NCBI GenBank assembly: GCA_016930875.1
Contig: JAFGFW010000170.1
Coordinates: forward strand, 2,027 to 66,026
Direction: 5' to 3'
Length of the DNA stretch: 64,000 nucleotides
Source: Deltaproteobacteria bacterium
GTDB lineage: Bacteria > Desulfobacterota > Desulfobacteria > Desulfobacterales > C00003060
The translations under genes were made by a program, and so were the position numbers. Of this stretch, positions 36,889-46,160 are shown one piece after another. Position 1 is the stretch's first letter. Every line of letters begins with the position of its first letter. The notes under the pieces were generated by a model, which was given only the letters and a program-made list of their open reading frames with translations, was not told where the DNA came from and searched no databases.

Positions 36889-38980
36889 GCTGTAACTGCA
36901 CCTTTCCCAAGGATTTAAAGCGGATATTCTTTGAGAGTTCATTATGAGAAAGCACCATTAGAGATGGCGCAAACTGCTCGATCATCCTTCTAAAATGTCG
37001 CCTGAGCTGCGGAGAACATAGGATGATGGGCTGAAATCCTTTAGCCATAGCTTTTTCTGTCTCATTGTTGACTGATTTCATGATGCAAGTGGCCACCTTC
37101 GGGTCCACTGACAAATATGAACCATGCTCAGTATGTTGAACGCTATCCAGCAGAACGTCCTCAACGTCTTGTTCGAGAGTCAAAACATTCAAGACGCCGT
37201 CTTCAGGTATGTGGTTGCTCACAATGGCGCGGGCGAGCCTCTGCCTGACGTACTCTGTTAAGAGGTCAGGATCCTTGGTAACTGGCGAATAATCAGCCAG
37301 CGCCTCCACAATCGTCAGGAAATCCCTGACCGAAACTCCCTCTCTCAAAAGATTCTGCAACACTTTCTGAATTGCGCCCAGAGAAAGCAGGGTGGGCGTG
37401 ACTTCCTCCACGACTTTGGGGTGGGTTCTTGCAAGATTATCTAAGAGATTTTGAACATCCTGTCGCCCCAGCAATTCATCGGCATGGGATCGAATAACTT
37501 CGGTCAGGTGCGTTGCTATGATCGCAGTATTGTCGACTACGGTGTATCCCGCAAATTTCGCCTCATCTCGTTTTTTTTCGGGTATCCACAAAGCAGGCAG
37601 ATCAAAGGCGGGTTCCCTGGTCGCAATACCATCGATCACTTGGCCAACGTCCCCAGGATCCATGGCCATTAAATGGTTGACCATCAATTCGAACCTGCCA
37701 ACCTCCACACCCTTTATCAAAATCCTATATTCAGACGCCTTTAGGTTCAAATTATCCCTTATGTGAATCGCTGGAATGACCATACCCATTTCCAAGGCAA
37801 ATTGGCGTCTCATCGACCTGATTCGATCGAGAAGCTCCCCGTTCTGTTGTCTATCCACAAGGGATATGATCGCGTATCCCACCTCAAGCTCCATGGGATC
37901 AAGCAGAAGAAGATGTTCCACCGATTCAGGGACCCCTTCTTCGGCTTTTGCTGTCTCAGCCTCTTTGGCAGATTCCTGCGCCAGAGCCTCCTGCTGTTTT
38001 CTTTGGAAGACATAGACGCACCCTCCGATAATCGCGCCGAGAACCATAAATGGCAGATGGGGAAGGCCGGGAACAAGTCCGAACAAGAAGATCACCAGCG
38101 ATCCGACATATACCGCTCGCGGGTTGGAGAAAAGCTGTCTTCCAAAATCAACCCCCATGCTGGATTCGGCAGCAGTACGGCTCACAACAATACCTGCAGA
38201 GGTTGATATGATAAGAGCGGGGATTTGAGTCACCAGCCCGTCACCCACCGTAAGGAGCGTGTAGTTCTGCGCTGCCACGATAACGGCCATCTTCTTTTGA
38301 AGGACCCCGATGACAAAACCACCAATGATGTTAATGAATGTAATGACTATCCCTGCGATGGCATCTCCGCGAACAAACTTGCTTGCGCCATCCATGGCCC
38401 CGTGAAACTCGGCCTCCCTTGCAACAAGAGCCCGGCGTTGTCTGGCCTCATTCTCATCTATAAGGCCGGCATTCAGATCCGCATCAATACTCATCTGTTT
38501 CCCGGGCATTGCGTCAAGGGTAAAACGTGCGGCCACCTCAGCGATTCGCCCGGAACCCTTGGTGATGACAACGAAATTGATGATAACCAGGATGATGAAA
38601 ACAATTAGCCCCACAACGTAATTGCCGCCAACAACAAAGCTCCCAAATGACTTGATGACTTTCCCTGCAGCCAATCCACCTTCGTTTCCGTGGAGTAGTA
38701 TCAACCTTGTGGAAGCCACGTTCAATGAGAGCCTGAACAGTGTGGTCACCAACAGAAGAGATGGAAATATGGAAAAATCCAAAGGCTTAACCGTATACAT
38801 GGCCATCAGAATAACAATAACGGATATAGTGATATTAAGGGCCAACAGAAAATCCAGCAAAAATGGAGGCAGCGGTATAATCATGACCATCAAAACGGCC
38901 ACCACGCCAAGGGCCATGACGGAATCACTGTTGTTTGCAAAAAATGTGTTCTGCTGAGTCCCTACTCCTGCTGTTGCCAC
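36878..38980 (-). CDS. flhA: flagellar export gate protein FlhA
   Basis: 700 aa. FHIPEP-type N-terminal TM domain (GSFVVGGNYVVGLIVFIILVIINFVVITKGSGRIAEVAARFTLDAMPGKQMSIDADL) plus a cytoplasmic domain. Confidence 0.95.
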   Translation of the reverse strand: MATAGVGTQQNTFFANNSDSVMALGVVAVLMVMIIPLPPFLLDFLLALNITISVIVILMAMYTVKPLDFSIFPSLLLVTTLFRLSLNVASTRLILLHGNEGGLAAGKVIKSFGSFVVGGNYVVGLIVFIILVIINFVVITKGSGRIAEVAARFTLDAMPGKQMSIDADLNAGLIDENEARQRRALVAREAEFHGAMDGASKFVRGDAIAGIVITFINIIGGFVIGVLQKKMAVIVAAQNYTLLTVGDGLVTQIPALIISTSAGIVVSRTAAESSMGVDFGRQLFSNPRAVYVGSLVIFLFGLVPGLPHLPFMVLGAIIGGCVYVFQRKQQEALAQESAKEAETAKAEEGVPESVEHLLLLDPMELEVGYAIISLVDRQQNGELLDRIRSMRRQFALEMGMVIPAIHIRDNLNLKASEYRILIKGVEVGRFELMVNHLMAMDPGDVGQVIDGIATREPAFDLPALWIPEKKRDEAKFAGYTVVDNTAIIATHLTEVIRSHADELLGRQDVQNLLDNLARTHPKVVEEVTPTLLSLGAIQKVLQNLLREGVSVRDFLTIVEALADYSPVTKDPDLLTEYVRQRLARAIVSNHIPEDGVLNVLTLEQDVEDVLLDSVQHTEHGSYLSVDPKVATCIMKSVNNETEKAMAKGFQPIILCSPQLRRHFRRMIEQFAPSLMVLSHNELSKNIRFKSLGKVQLQHGG

Positions 38981-39012
38981 GAAATCCCCCTCTAAGCGTT
39001 CACACGTTCAGA

Positions 39013-39061
39013 GTTCACCCTGTTAAACTTCCAGAAGGGAACCCTGTTTAACGGGGTGAAC
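39013..39061. repeat. 16-bp-stem inverted repeat (GTTCACCCTGTTAAAC / GTTTAACGGGGTGAAC) inside an 8-nt-periodic flhB-flhA spacer
   Basis: Read directly from the sequence, with one mismatch in the stem. The surrounding 38985-39074 parses as CGTTCACA CGTTCAGA GTTCACCC TGTTAAAC ... Confidence 0.75.
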
Positions 39062-39074
39062 CTGTAAACGGTTA

Positions 39075-40142
39075 CTATCCCAGTTTGCCCTTTAGCCTGT
39101 AGACATAAGCCAGAACCTCAGCCACCGCTTGAAATAAAGCAGAAGGTATTTCACTGCCAATCTCAACCATTCTGTAAAGATCTTGAGCCAATCCCTTGTT
39201 TTCAACGATAGGTATGTCATGCTCTTTAGCCAGCGCCTTAATCCTTTCGGCTACCAGTTCCGATCCTTTGGCAACAACCTGCGGCGCGTTCATGACAGCG
39301 CGGTCATACCTAATGGCCAGAGCGAGGCGGACCGGGTTTGTCACCACGACGTCGGCCTTGGGCACTTCCTGCATCATACGTCTTCTAGCCATCTCCAGTT
39401 GAATCCTTCTGATCCTTGATTTGATGAGCGGATCACCTTCGCTCCGCTTGAATTCTTCTTTAACCTCATGCTTGGTCATTTTCAATTGCTGTTCAAACTG
39501 CCATTTCTGAAAGGCATAGTCGAGGACAGCCAAAAAGATCATAACCACACAAACCCGGAGAAAGATTTTCAAGATGACCTTTAAGATATATAAGGCGATC
39601 GCTGCGACGCCCATCCCTCCAAGGTCCAAAAACCGGTCCATCTCTCCTTTAACCGTCCAGTAGGCGATGACGCCAACTATGGCAAGCTTTGCCACGGACT
39701 TAAACAGCTCCATAAAGGATTGTTTGGAAAAGAGCCGTCCCAAGCCCTTGAGGGGACTTATTTTGGAAAACTTCGGAATAACCGGCTCAAAGGTAAACAT
39801 CACACCCACCTGAAGAAAATTCGATAAGGCAGCAACTATGACCCCGGCTGCCATCACTGGGACCACTATTATGACAAAGCTTTGCACGACATCCTGACCA
39901 AAAACCAAAAGCCCCGATAAGCCCAAAGTGGGCTGCGAGACCATGGAAAGGCTTTTTTCCATCACGGACCTTATGTGACCGTACATAAAGGAGCCAAACA
40001 GATAAAGCGTTGAAAGCCCGGCCAAGAGCACAGCCACGGAGCTCACCTCACGGCTTTTCGCAACCTGTCCCTTTTTTCTTGCGTCAGACCGCTTTTTGCC
40101 GGTCGGTTTTTCGGTTTTGTCCTGGAAATCCCCTTCTGCCAA
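39075..40142 (-). CDS. flhB: flagellar export switch protein FlhB
   Basis: 355 aa, four TM segments, and a C-terminal domain. Residues 269-272 read NPVR where the family motif is NPTH. Confidence 0.95.
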   Translation of the reverse strand: MAEGDFQDKTEKPTGKKRSDARKKGQVAKSREVSSVAVLLAGLSTLYLFGSFMYGHIRSVMEKSLSMVSQPTLGLSGLLVFGQDVVQSFVIIVVPVMAAGVIVAALSNFLQVGVMFTFEPVIPKFSKISPLKGLGRLFSKQSFMELFKSVAKLAIVGVIAYWTVKGEMDRFLDLGGMGVAAIALYILKVILKIFLRVCVVMIFLAVLDYAFQKWQFEQQLKMTKHEVKEEFKRSEGDPLIKSRIRRIQLEMARRRMMQEVPKADVVVTNPVRLALAIRYDRAVMNAPQVVAKGSELVAERIKALAKEHDIPIVENKGLAQDLYRMVEIGSEIPSALFQAVAEVLAYVYRLKGKLG

Positions 40143-40145
40143 TGT

Positions 40146-40928
40146 TTACACCCTCACCAAATTCATTACGATCCTCAACACGCCTTCAAATTCCACAAGA
40201 TACCGTTTCGTGAAGCAAAGCAGGACTTCCAATGAAAGGCCAAAAAAGAACAGCCCAACAACTATCTTTAGCGGGAAAGCAACAATAAGAATGTTCATCT
40301 GTGGCACCACCCTGGCAATGATGCCAAATGAAGCGCTTGTCAAAAGCAGCGCAGTTATGGCCGGAGCGCCCACTTTGATGGACATCGCAAACATATCCGC
40401 TGAAACCTCTAGCATCCTGCTAAAGAGTCCATCATGCAAACCCAATGACCCCACCTCGACAACAGAGAAGCTATCAACCAGCGTCTTTAGTAAAATATGG
40501 TGGCCATTCAGGAGCAAAAAAAACAAAATGGCAATCCAATAGCCTAACATGGCCAAAATAGAACCCTGCGCCCCTGACTCGGGATCAAGAACGTTAGCAA
40601 TAGCAAATCCCATCTGAAACCCGATGAGCTGCGCCCCTAACTGGACCCCGGCAAAAAACAATCGCAGGATCAAACCAAGAACAAGCCCAAAAACCAACTC
40701 GGAAAGGATAAGCCTTACGACAGCCAGAAGGCCTTCCGGAAACAGGTTTGGATCCGGATGAACTACCGGAAAGAGGACGATGCTAATCAGCAAGGCGAGT
40801 CCTGCCTTGACAGCGTTTGGCTGCATGCGCCCTCCAAAAATAGGCAACATAAACAGTACAACAATGATCCGGATCAGAATCAGAACAAATGATTTGAATT
40901 GCTCAGGTGAAAGGCCAAGAAGGTCCAT
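40146..40928 (-). CDS. fliR: flagellar export protein FliR
   Basis: 260 aa polytopic membrane protein between fliQ and flhB. Confidence 0.9.
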   Translation of the reverse strand: MDLLGLSPEQFKSFVLILIRIIVVLFMLPIFGGRMQPNAVKAGLALLISIVLFPVVHPDPNLFPEGLLAVVRLILSELVFGLVLGLILRLFFAGVQLGAQLIGFQMGFAIANVLDPESGAQGSILAMLGYWIAILFFLLLNGHHILLKTLVDSFSVVEVGSLGLHDGLFSRMLEVSADMFAMSIKVGAPAITALLLTSASFGIIARVVPQMNILIVAFPLKIVVGLFFFGLSLEVLLCFTKRYLVEFEGVLRIVMNLVRV

Positions 40929-40954
40929 TATGCCACCATTTCATTATTCCACTG

Positions 40955-41224
40955 TCATCTAATATATATCGGTATTTGTGTGATACAGTTTTGTCCGAAG
41001 TCAATCAGTTGCTGTAGCATCCAGTTAGAGAAAAACAGGAGGCCCAAAAGCACAACCAGTATTTTGGGAACAAAGGTCAAAGTCATTTCCTGGATCTGTG
41101 TGACAGCCTGAAAGATGCTTACCGCCAACCCCACGATAAGCCCAAGGCCCAGCATCGGCATTGCGACCAGAATCGTCACCTTGATAGCTTCTTGAGTAAA
41201 TCCGACAACAAATTCCGGAGTCAT
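40955..41224 (-). CDS. fliQ: flagellar export protein FliQ
   Basis: 89 aa. VAMPMLGLGLIVGLAVSIFQAVTQIQEMTLTFVPKI. Confidence 0.95.
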   Translation of the reverse strand: MTPEFVVGFTQEAIKVTILVAMPMLGLGLIVGLAVSIFQAVTQIQEMTLTFVPKILVVLLGLLFFSNWMLQQLIDFGQNCITQIPIYIR

Positions 41225-41225
41225 A

Positions 41226-42005
41226 TCACCCGCTCACAAAACTCTTAACCAGAGAACCCACAATCAAGTGCCACCCGTCCATCAAAACGAATAGAATGAG
41301 TTTGAACGGCATGGATATCATTATCGGTGGCAGCATCATCATCCCCATTGAAAGAAGAACACTCGCGATTACCATATCAATGATCAAGAATGGCACATAA
41401 AGAAAAAACCCAATGATAAAAGCTGTCTTAAGTTCACTCACAACAAAGGCGGGTATCAAAACAGAAGAAGGAATATCTTGCGACGTGTTTGGTTTGTCCA
41501 ACTTAGCCATATTCACAAATAGCGCCAGATCCTTTTCTCGCGTTTGCCTGAACATAAACCGGCGGACCGGAGCCATGGCCGCCTCGAGCGCCTCAGCTTG
41601 CGATATCTCTTCATTCATATACGGCTTGATAGCCTTGTCGTTAACCTGTTGCCACACCGGCATCATGATGAAAAAAGTCAGAAACAAGGCGAGGCCAATC
41701 ATGATTTGGTTTGGCGGCATCTGGTGAGTGCCCAATGCATGTCTTAAAAACGAAAAGGCCACAGCCAGCCTTGTGAACGAAGTCATTAGAATCAAAATAG
41801 CCGGCGCCAGGGAAAGCACGGTAAGCAATGCAACAACCTGAAGCAACACTGAGACCTGTTCCGGGTTTTCTGCCTGTCCAATGCCCACCTGGAGCGATGG
41901 AAGCGGAACAGACGCACAAAAGGCGATAGCAGGAATTATCAGCAATAGTGCAAAATAAAAAATGAAAACGGTGTGTCGGTTCACTTTGCGTTTCTTATTT
42001 TGCAT
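41226..42005 (-). CDS. fliP: flagellar export protein FliP
   Basis: 259 aa. ILILMTSFTRLAVAFSFLRHALGT, PAFVVSELKTAFIIGF. Confidence 0.95.
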   Translation of the reverse strand: MQNKKRKVNRHTVFIFYFALLLIIPAIAFCASVPLPSLQVGIGQAENPEQVSVLLQVVALLTVLSLAPAILILMTSFTRLAVAFSFLRHALGTHQMPPNQIMIGLALFLTFFIMMPVWQQVNDKAIKPYMNEEISQAEALEAAMAPVRRFMFRQTREKDLALFVNMAKLDKPNTSQDIPSSVLIPAFVVSELKTAFIIGFFLYVPFLIIDMVIASVLLSMGMMMLPPIMISMPFKLILFVLMDGWHLIVGSLVKSFVSG

Positions 42006-42018
42006 CTTCCAATCGATC

Positions 42019-42423
42019 CTATCTCTCAGTTGATCTGGCTTTGCCTTTCAGGGACGACGTCAGCAATTTCTCGAAAAGACCACGGCCCGCCTGAAGGGGC
42101 TTTGCGCCTTCAATCCTTTCAAGGGCCTCTGATTTTGCAATTCTTGCTAAACAAGTTATGTTTTCAGGAGTGATGCCGATCACCAGCTTTTCACCTGCCA
42201 CGTCAATCAAGACAATTCGCTCTTTAGGAGTAACATGATAGGACGACAGCATCTTGATGAGTTGTCCCTGCCCTGAGCTATCTCTTAGATACAGAAATCG
42301 CTTCATGAGAAAGAGAACAAGTATCAAGACTCCGATAACAATACACAACATGGCCAGAGTCTTGAGGCCGGCCCCCCAGAGGTCAGGTTGAATCATCTGC
42401 GATGTTTCTCTTAACCCGTCCAA
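42019..42423 (-). CDS. fliO: flagellar protein FliO/FliZ
   Basis: 134 aa single-pass membrane protein immediately upstream of fliP. Confidence 0.7.
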   Translation of the reverse strand: MDGLRETSQMIQPDLWGAGLKTLAMLCIVIGVLILVLFLMKRFLYLRDSSGQGQLIKMLSSYHVTPKERIVLIDVAGEKLVIGITPENITCLARIAKSEALERIEGAKPLQAGRGLFEKLLTSSLKGKARSTER

Positions 42424-42476
42424 GTGATCTAATTCCTTATCTAGCCGCCTTGTATGAAATTGCGCGGCAATTCCGT

Positions 42477-42887
42477 CTATGCCAGTTTCTTGACTCTCTC
42501 AATGGGACTAATAATATCAGTCAGCCTTATGCCAAATTTCTCATTGATAACTACTACCTCGCCACGTGCGAATAACTTGCGATTCACATAGACATCCATT
42601 GACTCGTCGGCAAGCTTTGTCAACTCGACAATTGAACCTTGTCCCAACCGGAGCAAATCATTGACGAGCATCTGCGTTCGGCCCAATTCAACCGACACCT
42701 CCAGCGGAATGTCGAGGATAAAGTCCAAACCCCTGCCCCCGTCAGGCTCATCCCTTCCCCCCTGTGCGTTAGCGGCTTCAGCCGTCTCCAGAGAAGTATC
42801 CGGGCTCCTCTCATCCTTTTGCTCCTCCACTGTTGAATCGTTTCCGGATCCAACGCTATCAACATCGTCTTGCGACATATCGGACAT
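42477..42887 (-). CDS. fliN: flagellar motor switch protein FliN
   Basis: C-terminal SpoA domain LDFILDIPLEVSVELGRTQMLVNDLLRLGQGSIVELTKL. Confidence 0.9.
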   Translation of the reverse strand: MSDMSQDDVDSVGSGNDSTVEEQKDERSPDTSLETAEAANAQGGRDEPDGGRGLDFILDIPLEVSVELGRTQMLVNDLLRLGQGSIVELTKLADESMDVYVNRKLFARGEVVVINEKFGIRLTDIISPIERVKKLA

Positions 42888-42914
42888 AGGTCACTCCTTA
42901 AAATTTGTCAGATA

Positions 42915-43901
42915 TTATATCTCACCCATTAGGTTCAGTTTCTCTATCCTAATAGCCCGACTGCCCCTCATGATACCCGGACGTCCCTCAAGTTTCGGAA
43001 CACCTTGAACCGTGCAAATCAGGTGTTGGGTTGCATATTGCTCAAGCTGAATCACATCGCCAACCTTGACATCAAGCAGCCTCTCTGCCGTAATTTTCGC
43101 TGTGCCCAGCTCGACAACCACATCGACCGTCGTCTCGCGAATCCTCTCGTGCAGGCGCCTTTCCCATTTCGCATCCATACTATTCACTTGATCGCCCTGC
43201 AGGCCTCCACAGAACTTGTTACGAATTGGCTCGATAGTGGAATACGGAATGCACACACTCATATTTCCCCCTATCCCCTCGATATCGATATTGAAACGAT
43301 TCACTATAACCAGGTCGCCGGGCATCACTATTGTGGCAAACTCTGGATTGACCTCTGAACGCACATACGTCATTTTAACCTTAAAAATGCGCTCCCACGC
43401 TGCGGCGAGATCCTCCAGGCAGATCCTGACGGCTTTCCGAATCATGGCGTTCTCTATGGGTGTGAAGTCCCGCCCTTCAATCTTCACCTGTTCTGTCCCT
43501 TTGCCGCCAAAATAGCATTCAATCAGACTAAAAACCAAACGACCGTCCAAAACAACGAGGGCCTGTCCCACGAGAGGGTCAACTCGAAAGATGTGGAGAC
43601 TTGTGGGGACAGGCAGGGAAAGACGATAATCTTCGAACTTGACCATATCAACCGGCTCTGCCTCAATATCTACGGTTTTCCGGACCATGGCAGAAAGGTC
43701 GGTCCGGAAAGTCGTGGCGAATCGCTCCGTAACCATCCCAAAACTCGGCATTCGGTTACGGAGCATCTGTTCCTGACGAGTAAAATCATATGCGACGACA
43801 ACATCTTCAGACTCAGGGCTATCCGGTTCAGTCTCAATCTCGCCACTTGAGACCCCCTTTAGTAAGCTATCGACTTCTTCCTGTGATAAAACGTTTGACA
43901 T
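42915..43901 (-). CDS. fliM: flagellar motor switch protein FliM
   Basis: N-terminal LSQEEVDSLL CheY-P binding motif. 328 aa. Confidence 0.95.
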   Translation of the reverse strand: MSNVLSQEEVDSLLKGVSSGEIETEPDSPESEDVVVAYDFTRQEQMLRNRMPSFGMVTERFATTFRTDLSAMVRKTVDIEAEPVDMVKFEDYRLSLPVPTSLHIFRVDPLVGQALVVLDGRLVFSLIECYFGGKGTEQVKIEGRDFTPIENAMIRKAVRICLEDLAAAWERIFKVKMTYVRSEVNPEFATIVMPGDLVIVNRFNIDIEGIGGNMSVCIPYSTIEPIRNKFCGGLQGDQVNSMDAKWERRLHERIRETTVDVVVELGTAKITAERLLDVKVGDVIQLEQYATQHLICTVQGVPKLEGRPGIMRGSRAIRIEKLNLMGEI

Positions 43902-43920
43902 GAGTCACTCCACCACCCCT

Positions 43921-44439
43921 TTACTGCACGACAAACTCCGTAAAGTACAGTGTCCGGATAGCGCCCCCTTTTAGAGTTTGATTGATCCGGGCAATCAACT
44001 CACTTCGGAGTTGAATCTTTCCACCCGGCGTACTGATATCATCAAAGGACTTGCTTGCCAGCAGCAAGAGAATTGCGTCCCTTAACTGAGAGCCACGTTC
44101 TGCAAGCTCTTGTTCGAGAGCTTCGCTGTCAACCTCGAGTTCGAGTTTTGTCTTAAGATATCGCTTGCCCTGCTGACCGATTAAATTAATAATAAAAGGC
44201 TTCATTTCATAAATGATCCTGGCCCCGGGTGAGCTTTCAGCGGTTTCCGCGCTCTCTTCAATCGTCTCGCCGTCCTGTGCCGAGAATTTTTCAGCCAAAA
44301 AGAATTTCCATCCTGCAAAGCCGCCTCCGAGCAATAGGACTAGTGCGACTCCTATAACAATGAACTTCTTGGAGGAGCCTTTCTGGTCCCCTCCTGCACC
44401 TTCACTTTCATTAACCGACAGGTTTTCTTCTTCTGCCAT
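43921..44439 (-). CDS. fliL: flagellar basal-body-associated protein FliL
   Basis: 172 aa. TM, then YLKTKLELEV.. and a C-terminal RTLYFTEFVVQ. Confidence 0.85.
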   Translation of the reverse strand: MAEEENLSVNESEGAGGDQKGSSKKFIVIGVALVLLLGGGFAGWKFFLAEKFSAQDGETIEESAETAESSPGARIIYEMKPFIINLIGQQGKRYLKTKLELEVDSEALEQELAERGSQLRDAILLLLASKSFDDISTPGGKIQLRSELIARINQTLKGGAIRTLYFTEFVVQ

Positions 44440-44562
44440 GTTGCGCTCCTTTCAGTCACGATCCCTGCAGGCTTGTAGAGCCTTTCACAAAAGCCTCTTC
44501 AATTTTCATTTCGATAATCATTACCCCAAAAATGTTTTCTTGTAATCCATAGACAGCCAAAA

Positions 44563-45351
44563 CTATATCCTCTTTAGGATAATCTCCACCCTCCTGTTTT
44601 TCTCGCGTCCCTGTCTTGTGCTGTTGGAAAATCGCGGCCTCAAATCGCCGTATCCTCCAACGGCAAGTCGTTTGGGCGAAAGGCCTCTATCTTGCACAAA
44701 ATATCCGTGCACGTTTAAGGCTCGATAAAAAGAAAGCTCCCAGTTGGAACGGTAGCGCCCGCTGCGCATTGGAATATTGTCTGCATGCCCCATAATGAGC
44801 ACCTCGTTGGAAACGCCACCGAGCAATTTAGCAATTGTATCGAGTAACGGAAATATGGCTGCTTTGATCTCAGCCGCACCGGAGTCAAACAGCACATTTG
44901 CCATAATTGTAATGACAACGCCCCGTTCATCTTCTGAGACATCCATAACACTGCTCAAGCCTCCAAGGCCTTCACCGGTTTCCCGGCCACGGCCTATGCC
45001 AAGGAGGCCTTCCAGTGTCTCCAGGCTCCCGACTTCTGTTTCCTGGCGCTTTCCTAACAACTCGTCCAGCCGATTATTCAGAGCGCTAAGCATCGACAGG
45101 TCACCGCATTTTGAAGAAACAATTTCACCTTGCTCTTTAATGGGCTTTATCGCCGCCAAATCAGAAAACTCCATAACACCAAGGCCACTCTCAAAAACAC
45201 TAAAGAGAGAGCGCAGGGCCTTCGCGTCCATGGATGACATGGTCAGAAGCATCACAAAGAACGTTAACAAAAGCATCAGCAGGTCCCCGAAGGTGACCAT
45301 CCACATGGTGGTATCTGTCTTGACATCATTTTCGTTGTTGTTTTTCCCCAT
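44563..45351 (-). CDS. motB: flagellar stator protein MotB (OmpA-like C-terminal domain, channel Asp present)
   Basis: WMVTFGDLLMLLLTFFVMLL aligns to the E. coli MotB segment AYADFMTAMMAFFLVMWL with Asp conserved. C-terminal GHADNIP..NWELSFYRA..V. Confidence 0.85.
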   Translation of the reverse strand: MGKNNNENDVKTDTTMWMVTFGDLLMLLLTFFVMLLTMSSMDAKALRSLFSVFESGLGVMEFSDLAAIKPIKEQGEIVSSKCGDLSMLSALNNRLDELLGKRQETEVGSLETLEGLLGIGRGRETGEGLGGLSSVMDVSEDERGVVITIMANVLFDSGAAEIKAAIFPLLDTIAKLLGGVSNEVLIMGHADNIPMRSGRYRSNWELSFYRALNVHGYFVQDRGLSPKRLAVGGYGDLRPRFSNSTRQGREKNRRVEIILKRI

Positions 45352-45362
45352 GCCCTGCCCGC

Positions 45363-46157
45363 CTAATCAAAGATGCTAAACACAAATCGCTTGAAAACGA
45401 CGAATCCGGATTGGCCCTTCTGAATAATCTCTTTAAGCTTTCCAGTTGAACTGTGCGCCAGGATAATATCAACCCTGCTGTTTTGCGCCCTTGTCTGTCT
45501 TGTCTCGTTGCTTGCAACCGGTCTATGCTCTCCGCAGCCATAGGCTGTCAGGCGTGACGGAAGGACCTTGCCAACGACCACAAAAAACTTTAAGACCTCA
45601 AATGCCCTCAGAGATGAAAGCTGCCAGTTGGAACGTACGGATTTCTCATCCGGAGGTCTGCTGTCCGTATGCCCGGTGATCTCAACAGGGTATCCTTCCT
45701 CATTGATGATCTTACAAAGTCTCTTCAAAAAATCGTAGCCTGCAGGCTTGATTTTGTAGCTTGCTTCGTCGAAAAGCACCCGGTCCTGTATACTGATTAC
45801 CTCCCCCTTCGGCATTGTTCGTGTGGCGACAGATCTGGTGTCTGGCTTGTCCAGATCAGGTATCTCCATTGACTCTGCTCGACGCGAAGCCATGGGGACC
45901 TGGGTTGCGGAAATCAGTCTCACCTCTCCCTCCTTAGAAGCAGAAAGCCCGCCCGGTAAAATCCCAAAGCTTCCTATCAATGAACCCAATGCCGCAAGGG
46001 TCTTCCTCTCATCAACAACGGCAATCGAATTAAGCACGATAAAAAATGCCAGGAGAATAATAAAGAGGCTGACAATCAAGACCCTTATACCAGCCTGGCT
46101 GGGACCGCCCTCAGATTGTCTTTTTTCCCGTTTTATTTCACCTGACATTTGACTCAA
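45363..46157 (-). CDS. MotB-like OmpA-domain protein lacking the conserved transmembrane Asp
   Basis: The TM VLIVSLFIILLAFFIVLNS aligns AFF to AFF of MotB and puts Ser30 at the Asp position. The C-terminal GHTDSRP..NWQLSSLRA peptidoglycan-binding motifs are intact. Confidence 0.75.
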   Translation of the reverse strand: MSQMSGEIKREKRQSEGGPSQAGIRVLIVSLFIILLAFFIVLNSIAVVDERKTLAALGSLIGSFGILPGGLSASKEGEVRLISATQVPMASRRAESMEIPDLDKPDTRSVATRTMPKGEVISIQDRVLFDEASYKIKPAGYDFLKRLCKIINEEGYPVEITGHTDSRPPDEKSVRSNWQLSSLRAFEVLKFFVVVGKVLPSRLTAYGCGEHRPVASNETRQTRAQNSRVDIILAHSSTGKLKEIIQKGQSGFVVFKRFVFSIFD

Positions 46158-46160
46158 TTC

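Noticed and set aside
44440-44562. Internal promoter or heptamer array in the motB-fliL spacer
   Set aside because: There is only weak 7-nt periodicity (CTTCAAT TTTCATT TCGATAA TCATTAC). The TCGATAA string is on the non-transcribed orientation for a sigma-28 -10. No -24/-12 element is present.
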